This document shows, piece by piece, positions 28,495 through 38,407 of a stretch of DNA of 64,000 nucleotides (positions are counted from its first letter, which is position 1; every line of letters begins with the position of its first letter). Under the pieces are notes generated by a model. That model had not been told where the DNA came from. It worked only from the letters and a program-made list of their open reading frames with translations, and searched no databases. A program made the translations under genes and the position numbers. Origin of the DNA: Sedimentisphaerales bacterium (GTDB taxonomy: Bacteria > Planctomycetota > Phycisphaerae > Sedimentisphaerales > Anaerobacaceae). The stretch spans positions 2,336,001-2,400,000 of the forward strand of contig OY970194.1 in assembly GCA_963708075.1 (NCBI GenBank). The letters run 5' to 3'.

Positions 28495-29433
28495 ATGACG
28501 AGAAACGCAGGGATTGATCGGCGTCGCTTCCTCGGCTCGACAGCGACAGGACTGCTCGCGGCCGTCACGGGGGCCTTCCTCGGCACAAGCTGTCGAAGCA
28601 CACAGAGCCGCAGTTCAGCGGCCGGGAGAAAAGTGATCGTGGGCGGCCATCCGTGGGTTTATGCGGCCACCCAGCCAAAGTACGACATCTATCCGATTCT
28701 CGACCAGATCTTCGCTGACATGAGCTATGCCGGTTTGGACGGGATCGAGCTGATGCACACGGCTCTGCGCCCGGACGACTCGGTCGAGCATATCCGCGAA
28801 CTATCGCGCAAGTACGCGCTGCCGGTCATCGGCACCTCCTTCGGCGGCGACATGTGGGACCGCCGGCAGCACGAGGCGATCTTCGATGACGCCGATCTCG
28901 TGGTGAATCGCCTGGCTCGGCTGGGCGGGTGGACCTTCGGGGTTTCCGTGGGCAGGACGCCGCAGCCCAAGACCGAGGAACAGTTGGACGCGCAGGCAGA
29001 GCTGTTGCGTGGAATCATCGCGCTGTGCCGGAGTCGTGGTGTCGTGCTGAACCTGCACAACCACACATACGAAGTCGAAAACGGCATGCACGATCTGAAG
29101 GGGACGCTCTCGCGGATTCCGGAGGTCAAGCTGGGGCCCGATCTGAACTGGCTCGTGCGGGGCGGCGTGGCCCCCGTGACATTCATCCAGACCTTCGGTG
29201 ACAAGATCGTGTTCCTGCACATCCGCGACCAGAACGCCGATGGAACATGGTCGGAGGCGGTGGGCGAGGGAGCCATGGACCACGTGGCCATCGGCAAGGC
29301 TCTGCGAGCAGCCAACTTCTCCGGAGACGCCGTCATTGAGTTGGCGCACGAGCGAGATTTCAGGCTCACTCGGCCGCTGCGCGAAAGCCTCAAGATGAGT
29401 CGGGCCTACGTCAGACAGACGCTCGGGTGTTAA
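28495..29433 (+). CDS. Tat-exported sugar phosphate isomerase/epimerase (TIM barrel, IolE-like)
   Basis: RRRFLG; DGIEL, LHNHTYE, PDLNW, HIRD, VGEG and IE motifs. Confidence 0.85.
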   Translation: MTRNAGIDRRRFLGSTATGLLAAVTGAFLGTSCRSTQSRSSAAGRKVIVGGHPWVYAATQPKYDIYPILDQIFADMSYAGLDGIELMHTALRPDDSVEHIRELSRKYALPVIGTSFGGDMWDRRQHEAIFDDADLVVNRLARLGGWTFGVSVGRTPQPKTEEQLDAQAELLRGIIALCRSRGVVLNLHNHTYEVENGMHDLKGTLSRIPEVKLGPDLNWLVRGGVAPVTFIQTFGDKIVFLHIRDQNADGTWSEAVGEGAMDHVAIGKALRAANFSGDAVIELAHERDFRLTRPLRESLKMSRAYVRQTLGC

Positions 29434-29463
29434 TCTCGTTACGGAGACAAAGGGGAGCCACAC

Positions 29464-30762
29464 ATGCATAGAACGAATTTGACGCGACGGGGTTTCCTCA
29501 AGCGCACGGCCGCTGCCGGCGCCGGCATCGCCCTGCCCTACCTGGTCCGCCCCTCGGCGCTGGGCAAGGCCGGGACCGTCGCCGCAAGCGAGCGCATCAC
29601 AGTAGGCTTCATCGGCACCGGCGGCCACGGGATCGACATGAATCTCAGGAGCTTCCTCGCACAGCCGGACGCTCAGGCCGTCGCCGTGTGTGACGTTGAT
29701 CCTGTGAATCTCAAGAAGGCCTGCGATATCGTCTGTCAAAAGTACGGGAACAAAGACTGCGCCACGTATAAGGATTTCCGCGAGGTTCTCGCCCGCGGTG
29801 ATATCGACGCCGTGATGATTTCCACGCCCGACCACTGGCACGTGCCGATCTCCATCGCCGCCGCCAGGGCGGGCAAAGACGTTGAATGCGAGAAGCCCAC
29901 GCTGACTATCAAGCAGGGCCGGCAGCTCGTCGAGACGATGAAACGCTACAACCGCGTCTTTCAGTGGTCCACAGAGGACCGCGCTGTCGATGTCTATCAT
30001 CGCATGTGCGAGCTGGTCCGTAATGGTCGCATTGGCAAGGTCCACACGATCAAGGTGGAGCTACCCGGCGGCCCCGCCGAGCCGGGCAATCCTCAGCCGA
30101 TGCCCGTGCCGGAGGGGTTCGACTATGACATGTGGCTCGGACCGGCTCCCTGGGCCCCGTATACGAAGGACCGATGTCACTGGAACTTCCGCTGGATTCT
30201 TGACTATTCCGGCGGCATGTTGACCGACTGGGGCGCGCATCTGCTGGACGGCGTCCAGTGGGGCAACAACACCGAGCACACCGGTCCCGTGGAGGTTGAA
30301 GGCAAGGGCGTATTCTGGAATGAAGGGCTGTACAATACGGCCAAGGAGTTCCACATCGAATACACGTACGCCAACGGCGTGAAGCTCTTCGTCGATTCCG
30401 GTACGCCGAGCCTGCGGTTCGAGGGCTCCGACGGCTGGATTGGCAATCGCGGCTGGCGGGCCCCCCTGCAGGCCCAACCCGCCTCCATTCTCGATTCCGT
30501 GATCGGGCCGAACGAGATTCACCTGTACACCTGCCCGCAGGGCGAGCAACGCAATTTCCTCGACTGCGTCAAATCGCGGCAGGAGTGCTACTTCCCGCCG
30601 GAGATCGGGCAACGATGCTTCACGATTGCGCACATCGGCAATATCGCCATGCTCCTCGGCAGGAAGCTCAAGTGGGACCCTGATAAAGAGCGATTCGTGA
30701 ACGACGACGAAGCCAACCGTATGCTGGGCCGGGCCATGCGAAGCCCCTGGCATCTGCTGTGA
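29464..30762 (+). CDS. Tat-exported Gfo/Idh/MocA oxidoreductase
   Basis: TRRGFLK; GFIGTGGHG; STPDHWH; CEKP; DWGAHLLD. Confidence 0.92.
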   Translation: MHRTNLTRRGFLKRTAAAGAGIALPYLVRPSALGKAGTVAASERITVGFIGTGGHGIDMNLRSFLAQPDAQAVAVCDVDPVNLKKACDIVCQKYGNKDCATYKDFREVLARGDIDAVMISTPDHWHVPISIAAARAGKDVECEKPTLTIKQGRQLVETMKRYNRVFQWSTEDRAVDVYHRMCELVRNGRIGKVHTIKVELPGGPAEPGNPQPMPVPEGFDYDMWLGPAPWAPYTKDRCHWNFRWILDYSGGMLTDWGAHLLDGVQWGNNTEHTGPVEVEGKGVFWNEGLYNTAKEFHIEYTYANGVKLFVDSGTPSLRFEGSDGWIGNRGWRAPLQAQPASILDSVIGPNEIHLYTCPQGEQRNFLDCVKSRQECYFPPEIGQRCFTIAHIGNIAMLLGRKLKWDPDKERFVNDDEANRMLGRAMRSPWHLL

Positions 30763-30790
30763 CCGAGAAGGACGTGTGAGGGTAAATGCA

Positions 30791-32350
30791 ATGACAAGAC
30801 ATAGCCGGACAATCGCCGTGGTCGCCGTGCTGTCCATCTGCAGCGGCGCCATGAGCAAGGATTGCAGCGAGTGCCATAAGCTCCAGCTTACGGGCAAGGA
30901 CTTCTCCACGTGGCGAGCGGATACCGCCCAGTGGCAAATCGTCGGCGGCGCTCACCTGAACTCAGCCGATGAGAAAGCCCTGTTGGCCGAGCCAGGCACG
31001 GACGCGATTCTCAATGGTCCAGCGGGTCGCACCGCGAATCTGTTCAGCAAGCAAGAGTTCGGCGATGTCCGCGCCCATGTCGAGTTCATGGTTTCGAAGG
31101 ACTCGAATTCCGGCGTGTACTTGATGGGCCGCTACGAAGTGCAGATCTTTGACAGTTTCCAGAAGCAGCCGGAATACCCGGGCATCGAGTGTGGCGGGAT
31201 CTACCAGCGATGGGATGAGAGCAGGAATCCCAAAGGCTTCGAGGGCCACTCGGTCCGTGTGAATGCCTCGAAGCCATCGGGCCAGTGGCAAACGTTTGAC
31301 ATCGTCTTCCGAGCGCCTCGCTTCGACAAGAACGGCCGCAAGATCGCCAACGCCCGCTTCGAGAAGGTTGTGCACAACGGCGTCCTCGTCCACAGCGACA
31401 TTGAGCTGACCGGGCCGACGCGGGCCGGCGCATACGACGACGAGAAGCCTGCGGGACCACTGATGCTCCAGGGCGACCACGGCCCTGTCGCTTATCGCAA
31501 CCTCTGGATGGCGCCGGCCGGGCCGAACCCGTTCTTCGCCATGGACACCGCCACCAAGGATGACAAGCACAGGACGGCGGCCGAACAGGCGCAGATGCTC
31601 AAAGAACTCGCCTATCCGGGCATCGGCATCGGGTACGCGGGGACCGATTCGCTCGCAGAAACGCTCAAAGAGCTCGACCAGCGGAACTTGCAGCTTTTCG
31701 CCGTCTATACCGGCATCAACGTCGATCCGGGAGCGCAGCCCTACGATCCTTCTCTGAAGGAGGCACTGAAGCTCCTCGACGGGCGAAATGTGATCCTGTG
31801 GCTGTTTGCACAGAGTCAGACGCAGAAACCTTCTGCGGTAGAGGGCGACGCGCGAGCTGTGGAGATCATCCGCGAGTTGGCGGATGCGGCCGCCGCACAC
31901 AAGGTCCGCATCTCGCTGTATCATCACAACGCCTTCTGGCTCGAGACGATTCAGGATGCCATGCGGATCGCGGACAAGGTCGATCGCCCGAACGTGGGCG
32001 TTACGTTCAACCTGTGCCACTGGCTCAAAGTCAGTAAGGACAAGAACGTCAAGCCGGTCATCGAGCGAGCGATGCCACGTCTGTCTGTCGTGAACATCAA
32101 CGGCGCCGATACTGAAGGCCAGGACTGGAAGACCTTGATTCAAACGCTCGACCGCGGTACCTTCAACGTGCGTGGATTCCTGGAAACGCTCCGGGACGCC
32201 GGATACACCGGCCCCATCGGCTTTCAGGGATACGGCATCGGCGGCGACGTGCACGAGAACCTCAAACGCACGATGGCGGCGTGGGAAAAGCACTCCGAGG
32301 TGCTTCGCGGCGACGTGAAGCCGTTCGGTGAGCCGAAGAAGACGCCCTGA
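30791..32350 (+). CDS. DUF1080 (3-keto-disaccharide hydrolase) + TIM-barrel isomerase fusion
   Basis: NSGVYLMGRYEVQI..GQWQTFDI..LQGDHGPVAYRN, then SLYHH..GVTFNLCHW..INGAD. Confidence 0.85.
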   Translation: MTRHSRTIAVVAVLSICSGAMSKDCSECHKLQLTGKDFSTWRADTAQWQIVGGAHLNSADEKALLAEPGTDAILNGPAGRTANLFSKQEFGDVRAHVEFMVSKDSNSGVYLMGRYEVQIFDSFQKQPEYPGIECGGIYQRWDESRNPKGFEGHSVRVNASKPSGQWQTFDIVFRAPRFDKNGRKIANARFEKVVHNGVLVHSDIELTGPTRAGAYDDEKPAGPLMLQGDHGPVAYRNLWMAPAGPNPFFAMDTATKDDKHRTAAEQAQMLKELAYPGIGIGYAGTDSLAETLKELDQRNLQLFAVYTGINVDPGAQPYDPSLKEALKLLDGRNVILWLFAQSQTQKPSAVEGDARAVEIIRELADAAAAHKVRISLYHHNAFWLETIQDAMRIADKVDRPNVGVTFNLCHWLKVSKDKNVKPVIERAMPRLSVVNINGADTEGQDWKTLIQTLDRGTFNVRGFLETLRDAGYTGPIGFQGYGIGGDVHENLKRTMAAWEKHSEVLRGDVKPFGEPKKTP

Positions 32351-32365
32351 CGGAATGACCGTCCA

Positions 32366-32428
32366 ATAGGTCCTATAGGTCCCATGAGTCCCATAGGACC
32401 GATAGGACTCATAGGACGAATAGGACAA
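32366..32428. repeat. inverted 9-mer repeat arrays (ATAGGTCCY)n / (ATAGGACxx)n
   Basis: ATAGGTCCT ATAGGTCCC ATGAGTCCC | ATAGGACCG ATAGGACTC ATAGGACGA ATAGGACAA. Confidence 0.9.
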
Positions 32429-32430
32429 AG

Positions 32431-32733
32431 ATGGAAACTCTGAAACTGCTTCGCGACTATTTTCCGACGGCCGTATATACGGGCAAGTGCCTGGTGTTTA
32501 TCAGCGAGGACTGGCGCGTCGAGCTGACGGAACACAAGGACAGTGATTTCAGCAAGGACTCGGACCAGGCGTCCGTCATCCGAGTGCGAATCTTCAAAAG
32601 GGCCATCAACGGCGAATTCACCGCGGGCTTCTACGAGGACTTTCAACTGCCCTCGCTCGGCGAGCTGGCCGAGCAGATCGAGAAATATGTGCAGGCGGCG
32701 ATCGGCGCGAATCTCCAGGAGAATGCCGAGTGA
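32431..32733 (+). CDS. hypothetical protein (100 aa)
   Basis: Typical codon usage, AGGA before ATG, co-oriented with neighbours. Confidence 0.7.
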   Translation: METLKLLRDYFPTAVYTGKCLVFISEDWRVELTEHKDSDFSKDSDQASVIRVRIFKRAINGEFTAGFYEDFQLPSLGELAEQIEKYVQAAIGANLQENAE

Positions 32734-32805
32734 TCCCCCAGATGCTGTCGCCAGAGTGTTGCCTTTCCTTAAGCCGTCCTGTGCAGTACGGGAGCAACCT
32801 CTTCC

Positions 32806-33105
32806 ATGGCTAAGCCGGCGATTCAGGAGAGCTCAGGTGGCGTGATCTTCACCGCCAAGGTTGTTCCCGGCAGCAGCAGGACGGTGGTCGCAGGGGTCCT
32901 GGAGGACATGGTTAAGGTCCGGGTCGCCGCGGCGCCCGAGAAAGGCAAAGCAAACCAGTGCCTCGTCGCGTTTTTGGCCGATCAGCTTAATGTCAAGAAA
33001 GGCGATATCGAGATCGTCTCGGGCCAGACCCGACCTGTCAAGCAGGTGCGCGTGGCGGGGATATCCGCCGCGGAGCTTTTGGAGAAACTCGGACTCAACG
33101 AGTAG
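32806..33105 (+). CDS. DUF167 / YggU family protein
   Basis: KVVPGSSR...KVRVAAAPEKGKAN...IVSGQT. Confidence 0.88.
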   Translation: MAKPAIQESSGGVIFTAKVVPGSSRTVVAGVLEDMVKVRVAAAPEKGKANQCLVAFLADQLNVKKGDIEIVSGQTRPVKQVRVAGISAAELLEKLGLNE

Positions 33106-33111
33106 CACCGG

Positions 33112-33939
33112 CTACTGAGGCTGCTCCGGCAGCGTTTTCAGGCGGAGATTGCGTATCGCCCCGGTTGTTGCGTAGGTGGCGATGCCCAGCGGCTGGCAAA
33201 GGTCAACCTCGATTCGGATGTCGAGCTTGTGGTCGGTGATGTCCACGTCCACGAGGTTCTCATCATCCAGCCAGGCTTGGATGCGGCTCGGCACGACCCG
33301 AAGACGGACCTTGTACCACTTCCCCTTCTCGAAGCTCATCATCCGGGTGGTCTCGTTTTCGGAGGCATCAAAGTGGTCGATGCTGGACAAGCCGCAGAGG
33401 CTGCCGCCCCACCCTCCCAGAATGAGCGTACACGGGTTCTCCGCCACAGGAAACGTCAGGCCGCAGAAGAAATCGTTGCCCTCGACCCGCATCGCCTCCA
33501 GGGAAATCTCGTAGTTCATGCGTACGACCGGCCCGCCCCACGTGATTCCGGTCATGTAATTGCCCATCCCCAGGTGGATAGCCCCATCCTTGACCCCAAC
33601 ATCGCCCTGACCGCCGAAATCCGTGATCTTCCACTGCCCCAGCGTCCGGCCGTCAAAAAGGCTGATCTCCTCCCCTGGCCTGACCAGCAGCGCCGGTTGC
33701 GGCTTGAGCTCTTGTGCCGCCTGCACCTGGGCAGCCGCAGGAGCCTGGGCCTGCCCAGTCAAGGCCTTGTTTTCCGCCGGCCGCTCCTGCCGTTCTTCCT
33801 GCCGGCAGCCACCGCCCAACGTGAGGCAAAGGACCGCTAAAACAAAAAAAACCCGCGTCCAGACAGCGTCATGGCTGCTTCCCGGGCGATATTCCCCGTA
33901 CGTATTCAGGCATCCATCCTTCGAGCCGACAACTCTCAT
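33112..33939 (-). CDS. DUF1080-domain lipoprotein
   Basis: GGAGG RBS; LGGGC lipobox; SLFDGRTLGQW, NYEISLEAMRVEGNDFFCGLTFP, LGGWGG. Confidence 0.8.
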   Translation of the reverse strand: MRVVGSKDGCLNTYGEYRPGSSHDAVWTRVFFVLAVLCLTLGGGCRQEERQERPAENKALTGQAQAPAAAQVQAAQELKPQPALLVRPGEEISLFDGRTLGQWKITDFGGQGDVGVKDGAIHLGMGNYMTGITWGGPVVRMNYEISLEAMRVEGNDFFCGLTFPVAENPCTLILGGWGGSLCGLSSIDHFDASENETTRMMSFEKGKWYKVRLRVVPSRIQAWLDDENLVDVDITDHKLDIRIEVDLCQPLGIATYATTGAIRNLRLKTLPEQPQ

Positions 33940-34180
33940 ACGATCCTCCAGACAGTCGAAATTTTGTTTGAATAGGCTACGGCGTCTGGTAGAATTGCAC
34001 AAGAGATAATTCACCGGATGGCCGATTTCTCCCGGGCCGTGAGGGTTCAGGAAGGGAGAACCCCGGACGATAGATGGCGTATAGTTGATAGCTCACAGAG
34101 GTTGCAGGTTTCAGGTTCGTATCCTGCCCATAGCAAAAAGGGGGTTTTTGCACCCAGGAAGCACCCGCATAGAGGGAAAC

Positions 34181-35779
34181 ATGAAAAGAACCTTGACCGC
34201 TGCTGCCATTCTTCTGAGTTTCTGTTCTCTACCGGCGTTTGGAGAGCTTGCAAATGCCGGCAAGGCAGGCATTTACGTCAAGTCGCTGGATCAGGTGCTC
34301 CGTCTGCAGGAGGATGATATAGACTTGGCAACGGCCGTCCTGATCGCCTCAGAGTACTGGAGCGACATCGTGGCCGGCCGACGTTATCTGGAACAACTGG
34401 ACGCCATGGCGGTCGAGATTCAAGGGCGGCTGCAACGGCAACGGATACCGGCGGATTTCCGCGCCATCCCCGTTATCAATGACTACCTGTTCAATGAGCT
34501 GGGGTTCAAGACGATCTCCCATGCGAACGATCCGAACGATCTGTTCCTGCATTCGGTGATGGACAGGCGTCAGGGGTATTGTCTGAGCCTGTCGGTGCTC
34601 TACCTCGCCCTGGCAGAGAGATTGGGTCTGAACCTGTATGGCGTTGTGGTTCCCAGCCATTTTTTCGTCCGGTACGATGGCGGGCGAGTGCGATTCAACA
34701 TTGAAACGACCAGCAATGGCGCCAGTCCGCCCGATGACCATTACATGGCCAAGTTCAACGTTCCGGAGAGCGCAAACGACACGATTTACATGAAGAATTT
34801 GACCAAGCGCCAGACGCTCGGCTGCTTTTTCAACAATCTGGGCAATGTCTATAGCGACATCGGGGATATCGATACGGCCCAGGTTGCCCTGGAGCGGGCC
34901 GTGGCAATCAACCCGACGCTCTCCGAATCCCGAGCGAACCTGGGGAACATCTACCTGCAAAAACACAAGGTAAATGAGGCCGTCCAGCAATACAAGAGTG
35001 CTTTGCAGCTCAATCCCAAGGACCCGAAGACCTACAACAATCTCGGCAATGCGTACGCGGAACAGGACCGACTGAACGATGCCGTCTATGCATACCGTCA
35101 GGGCCTGAAGCTGGACCCGAATTTCACCGATGCGTACAGGAATCTGGCCTTGGTGTGCACGCGGCAGGAGAGATACTCGGAAGCGATATCGCACCTGAAC
35201 CAGGCGGCCGGTCTTGAGCCCAAAAACGCCCAGATCTACAATCAGATGGGCGACGTTTACTGCCGGATGCGCGGCTACGCCATGGCCGAGAGCCAGTTCC
35301 ACAAGGCCCTGAGCCTCAAGTCGGACCTGGCCGAGGCCTATTGTGGTCTGGCAGTCTGCTATCGCGGGCGAAATCAGCCGGCCAATGAGATCGAGGCCTA
35401 CAAAGCGGCCTTGGCGATCAAGCCCGATATGCTGGCGGCGCTGATCAATCTGGGCAATGCCTGCTTCAATCAAAAGGACTATAATTCGGCAATCCAGTAT
35501 TACAACCGGGCGGTGACAATCAAGCCGGATGACGCGTGGATATACTTTAACCTGGGGTCAGCCTACTCCAATCTGGAGGATTTCCCGCAGGCGATAAAGG
35601 CCTATGTCCAGGCGGTGACGCTGGATCCCAAGATCGGCGATGCACATCACGGCCTAGCCTATAGCTATTATAAGATTCAGAAGTATGATCTCGCGTGGAA
35701 GCATATTAACGCGGCAAAGACACTCGGCGTCAAGATCACGGATGACCAGATGCAAGCGATCAAAAGCAGGCTCAAATGA
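34181..35779 (+). CDS. SirB1/transglutaminase-like domain + TPR repeat protein
   Basis: LHSVMDRRQGYCLSLSVLY..GVVVPSHFFVR, then multiple NNLGNxY TPRs. Confidence 0.85.
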   Translation: MKRTLTAAAILLSFCSLPAFGELANAGKAGIYVKSLDQVLRLQEDDIDLATAVLIASEYWSDIVAGRRYLEQLDAMAVEIQGRLQRQRIPADFRAIPVINDYLFNELGFKTISHANDPNDLFLHSVMDRRQGYCLSLSVLYLALAERLGLNLYGVVVPSHFFVRYDGGRVRFNIETTSNGASPPDDHYMAKFNVPESANDTIYMKNLTKRQTLGCFFNNLGNVYSDIGDIDTAQVALERAVAINPTLSESRANLGNIYLQKHKVNEAVQQYKSALQLNPKDPKTYNNLGNAYAEQDRLNDAVYAYRQGLKLDPNFTDAYRNLALVCTRQERYSEAISHLNQAAGLEPKNAQIYNQMGDVYCRMRGYAMAESQFHKALSLKSDLAEAYCGLAVCYRGRNQPANEIEAYKAALAIKPDMLAALINLGNACFNQKDYNSAIQYYNRAVTIKPDDAWIYFNLGSAYSNLEDFPQAIKAYVQAVTLDPKIGDAHHGLAYSYYKIQKYDLAWKHINAAKTLGVKITDDQMQAIKSRLK

Positions 35780-35825
35780 CCCGGCGCGCCCGGCAGAAAT
35801 TCTGCAAGAATCCGGGAATAATCGC

Positions 35826-35854
35826 TTGACAAGTTCGCCAACAGCCCGTAGGAT
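35826..35854 (+). promoter_or_regulatory. putative sigma70 promoter of coaE-rho
   Basis: TTGACA-N17-TAGGAT. Confidence 0.6.
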
Positions 35855-35896
35855 ATCTCCTGGAATTTGGGAGTGGGCGGGCCAGACAGCGTAAGG

Positions 35897-36508
35897 GTGG
35901 GCAATCCGACGGAAAAGCCTCTGATCGGGATTATCGGCGGCATCGCTTCCGGCAAAAGCACCGTCGCAGCGGAATTCGAAAAGTTGGGCTGCGCGGTCAT
36001 TGATGCCGACGTGATCGTCCACGAGTTGCTCAGAGAAGACCGGGTCCGCAACGAGGTCGTTCAGCTCTTTGGCCCAGGGGTTTTGAATGCCCGTGGTGAG
36101 CTGGATCGCAAACGGCTTGCTACCATCGTGTTCGCCGACACGAGGCATTTGTCCGCGCTGAACAAAGTGGTGCATCCGCGAGTGTTGCAGCGAACCGAGG
36201 AGTTGATTGCACAGTACAATAAAGATAGTCACACCAAAGCAATCGTACTGGACATGCCTTTGCTGGTCGAGGTCGGATGGGCGGATCGTTGCGACAGAGT
36301 GATCTTTGTGGAGTGTGACCGCAGACGAAGAGTCGAGAGGGCCGGAACCAAGGGTCTCATGGACGACAGAGAAATGGAAATTCGAGAAAATTCCCAAATT
36401 TCTCTGGACAAGAAGGCCGGGCTGGCCGATGATATTGTAGACAACAACTCTGACTTCTCGACATTGGTCAGGCAAATCAAAGAAATCTTCTCTGAGATAA
36501 CGAAGTGA
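35897..36508 (+). CDS. coaE: dephospho-CoA kinase
   Basis: IGIIGGIASGKST, DAD, LDRKRLATIVF, VHP and DMPLLVE. Confidence 0.92.
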   Translation: MGNPTEKPLIGIIGGIASGKSTVAAEFEKLGCAVIDADVIVHELLREDRVRNEVVQLFGPGVLNARGELDRKRLATIVFADTRHLSALNKVVHPRVLQRTEELIAQYNKDSHTKAIVLDMPLLVEVGWADRCDRVIFVECDRRRRVERAGTKGLMDDREMEIRENSQISLDKKAGLADDIVDNNSDFSTLVRQIKEIFSEITK

Positions 36509-36736
36509 AGTCAGCGTGTGTGGTCTGACAGGAAGTTGCGCTTCTTGCAGCCGTCAATGTAGGCGGCGCACATGTACCGGCGTAATTCAACGCTCAAATC
36601 CCGCAGAACCACAGACAAGAGAAGATGGTTCACAGCAAGACAGACGTGTTGCCCGCATCTGTGGCGACAGGCACATACCTGCATAAACAGGGGCAAGGGT
36701 GACAGAGTAGTTTCCGTAAGTGGAAAAGGAGTAGTC

Positions 36737-38275
36737 ATGGCGAAGGCCAAAACAACCAAGAAGAAGAGGAACCAAAAGAGGAAGGCCGGGGAAGAAGAAG
36801 TCCTTATCGTGGGGCAGATGGAAGAATCCGATCCCTCGGCAGTAACCACGGCGGCCGAGGCGGCTGAGGCCTCCGATCCTGTGGAGACGCAGACCCTGGA
36901 GCCTGTCGAAACCGTCAAGTCCGGAGGGAACGGCGATCTCGGGACAACCGTGGAGGTCGAAGAGGGCACGGACGAGGAGTCCACGCACGCCAAGTACGAG
37001 CGCATCAAGAAAGGCAGTCTGTACTTGACCGACCTGCAGAGACTCACCGTGGCCGAGCTTCACGAGATGGCCAAAAAGGAAGGCATCACCGAGTACAGCG
37101 CCCTGAAGAAGCAGGATCTGATCTTCCGGATTCTCAAGGAGCAGATCCGGCAGAACGGGTTGATGTATGGCGAGGGCGTCCTGGAGGTCCTGCCCGACGG
37201 CTACGGCTTCCTGCGCAACCCCACGTACAACTACCTGTCCTCCTCGGATGATATCTACGTATCCCCGTCACAGATTCGCCGCTTCGGCCTGCGGACCGGC
37301 AACATCGTTTCCGGACAAATCCGGCCGCCAAAGGACTCGGAGAAGTACTTCGCCCTGCTGCGCGTGGAGGCGATCAATTTCGAGAACCCGGACCTGCTGG
37401 CGGACAAGATCGTTTTCAGCGACTTGACCCCGCTGCATCCGGAGCAGCGTCTCATCCTGGAAACCACCAGCGATGAGCTGAACATGCGGATCATCGACCT
37501 GGTGACGCCCGTGGGCAAGGGTCAGCGAGGCCTGATCGTGGCCCCGCCGCGTACCGGTAAGACGATCCTTCTGCAGAAGATGGCCAATGCCATTTCGACG
37601 AACCATCCCGAGGTCAAGCTCATCGTCCTGCTGATCGACGAGCGACCTGAGGAAGTCACCGAAATGGAGCGCAAGACCGCCGACGCCGTCGAGGTCATCA
37701 GCTCCACATTCGATGAGCCCGCCGCTCGTCACTGCCAGGTGGCCGAGATCGTCATCGAGAAGGCCAAACGCATGGTCGAGTACGGCACGGATGTCGTGAT
37801 CCTGCTCGACTCCATCACACGTCTGGCCCGTGCATACAACAGTGAGACGCCGCACTCCGGCCGCATCCTGACCGGCGGTGTGGACGCCGGCGCCATGCAG
37901 ATGCCTAAGAAATTCTTCGGCGCCGCTCGAAAGGTCGAGGAAGGCGGCTCGCTGAGCATCTTCGCCACCGCCCTGATCGACACCGGCTCCAAGATGGACG
38001 AAGTCATTTTCGAAGAGTTCAAAGCCACCGGCAACATGGAGTTGCACCTGGACCGGCGGCTGGTGGACCGGCGAGTCTGGCCGGCTATCGAGATCACTCG
38101 AAGCGGAACGCGACGCGAGGAATTGCTGCTCGATCCAAAGGAGCTTGAGCTCGTCTATCGGCTCCGCAGAGTCCTGAGCGACCTGAACCCGGTGGAGGCG
38201 GTCGAGTTGCTCAAGAGCCGGCTGTCCAAGACCAAGAGCAACGCCGAGTTCCTTATGACGATGAACCTGGATTAA
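36737..38275 (+). CDS. rho: transcription termination factor Rho with acidic N-terminal extension
   Basis: [53 protein letters not shown] and [11 protein letters not shown]. Confidence 0.97.
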   Translation: MAKAKTTKKKRNQKRKAGEEEVLIVGQMEESDPSAVTTAAEAAEASDPVETQTLEPVETVKSGGNGDLGTTVEVEEGTDEESTHAKYERIKKGSLYLTDLQRLTVAELHEMAKKEGITEYSALKKQDLIFRILKEQIRQNGLMYGEGVLEVLPDGYGFLRNPTYNYLSSSDDIYVSPSQIRRFGLRTGNIVSGQIRPPKDSEKYFALLRVEAINFENPDLLADKIVFSDLTPLHPEQRLILETTSDELNMRIIDLVTPVGKGQRGLIVAPPRTGKTILLQKMANAISTNHPEVKLIVLLIDERPEEVTEMERKTADAVEVISSTFDEPAARHCQVAEIVIEKAKRMVEYGTDVVILLDSITRLARAYNSETPHSGRILTGGVDAGAMQMPKKFFGAARKVEEGGSLSIFATALIDTGSKMDEVIFEEFKATGNMELHLDRRLVDRRVWPAIEITRSGTRREELLLDPKELELVYRLRRVLSDLNPVEAVELLKSRLSKTKSNAEFLMTMNLD

Positions 38276-38322
38276 CGGGCCGTGCCAACAGGCAGCAGGT
38301 CCATTGCCCGGCAGACGGACTC

Positions 38323-38351
38323 TTTACACGCCGACTGCGGATGAGTAACAT
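38323..38351 (+). promoter_or_regulatory. putative sigma70 promoter upstream of valS
   Basis: TTTACA-N17-TAACAT. Confidence 0.45.
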
Positions 38352-38354
38352 ACT

Positions 38355-38386
38355 TCCGGCAGACATTTGTCTGCCGGATTTTTTTT
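38355..38386 (+). terminator. intrinsic terminator between rho and valS
   Basis: TCCGGCAGACA-TT-TGTCTGCCGGA followed by a T8 run. Confidence 0.8.
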
Positions 38387-38407
38387 ACTGACCTTTGATC
38401 TGGATGC

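Noticed and set aside
34064..34098. Degenerate heptamer tract (GCGTATA GTTGATA GCTCACA)
   Set aside because: Too degenerate to distinguish from chance.
38276..38407. T-box riboswitch for valS (also checked for leuS)
   Set aside because: The leader is too short and I found no GGTGGNACCGCG T-box motif.
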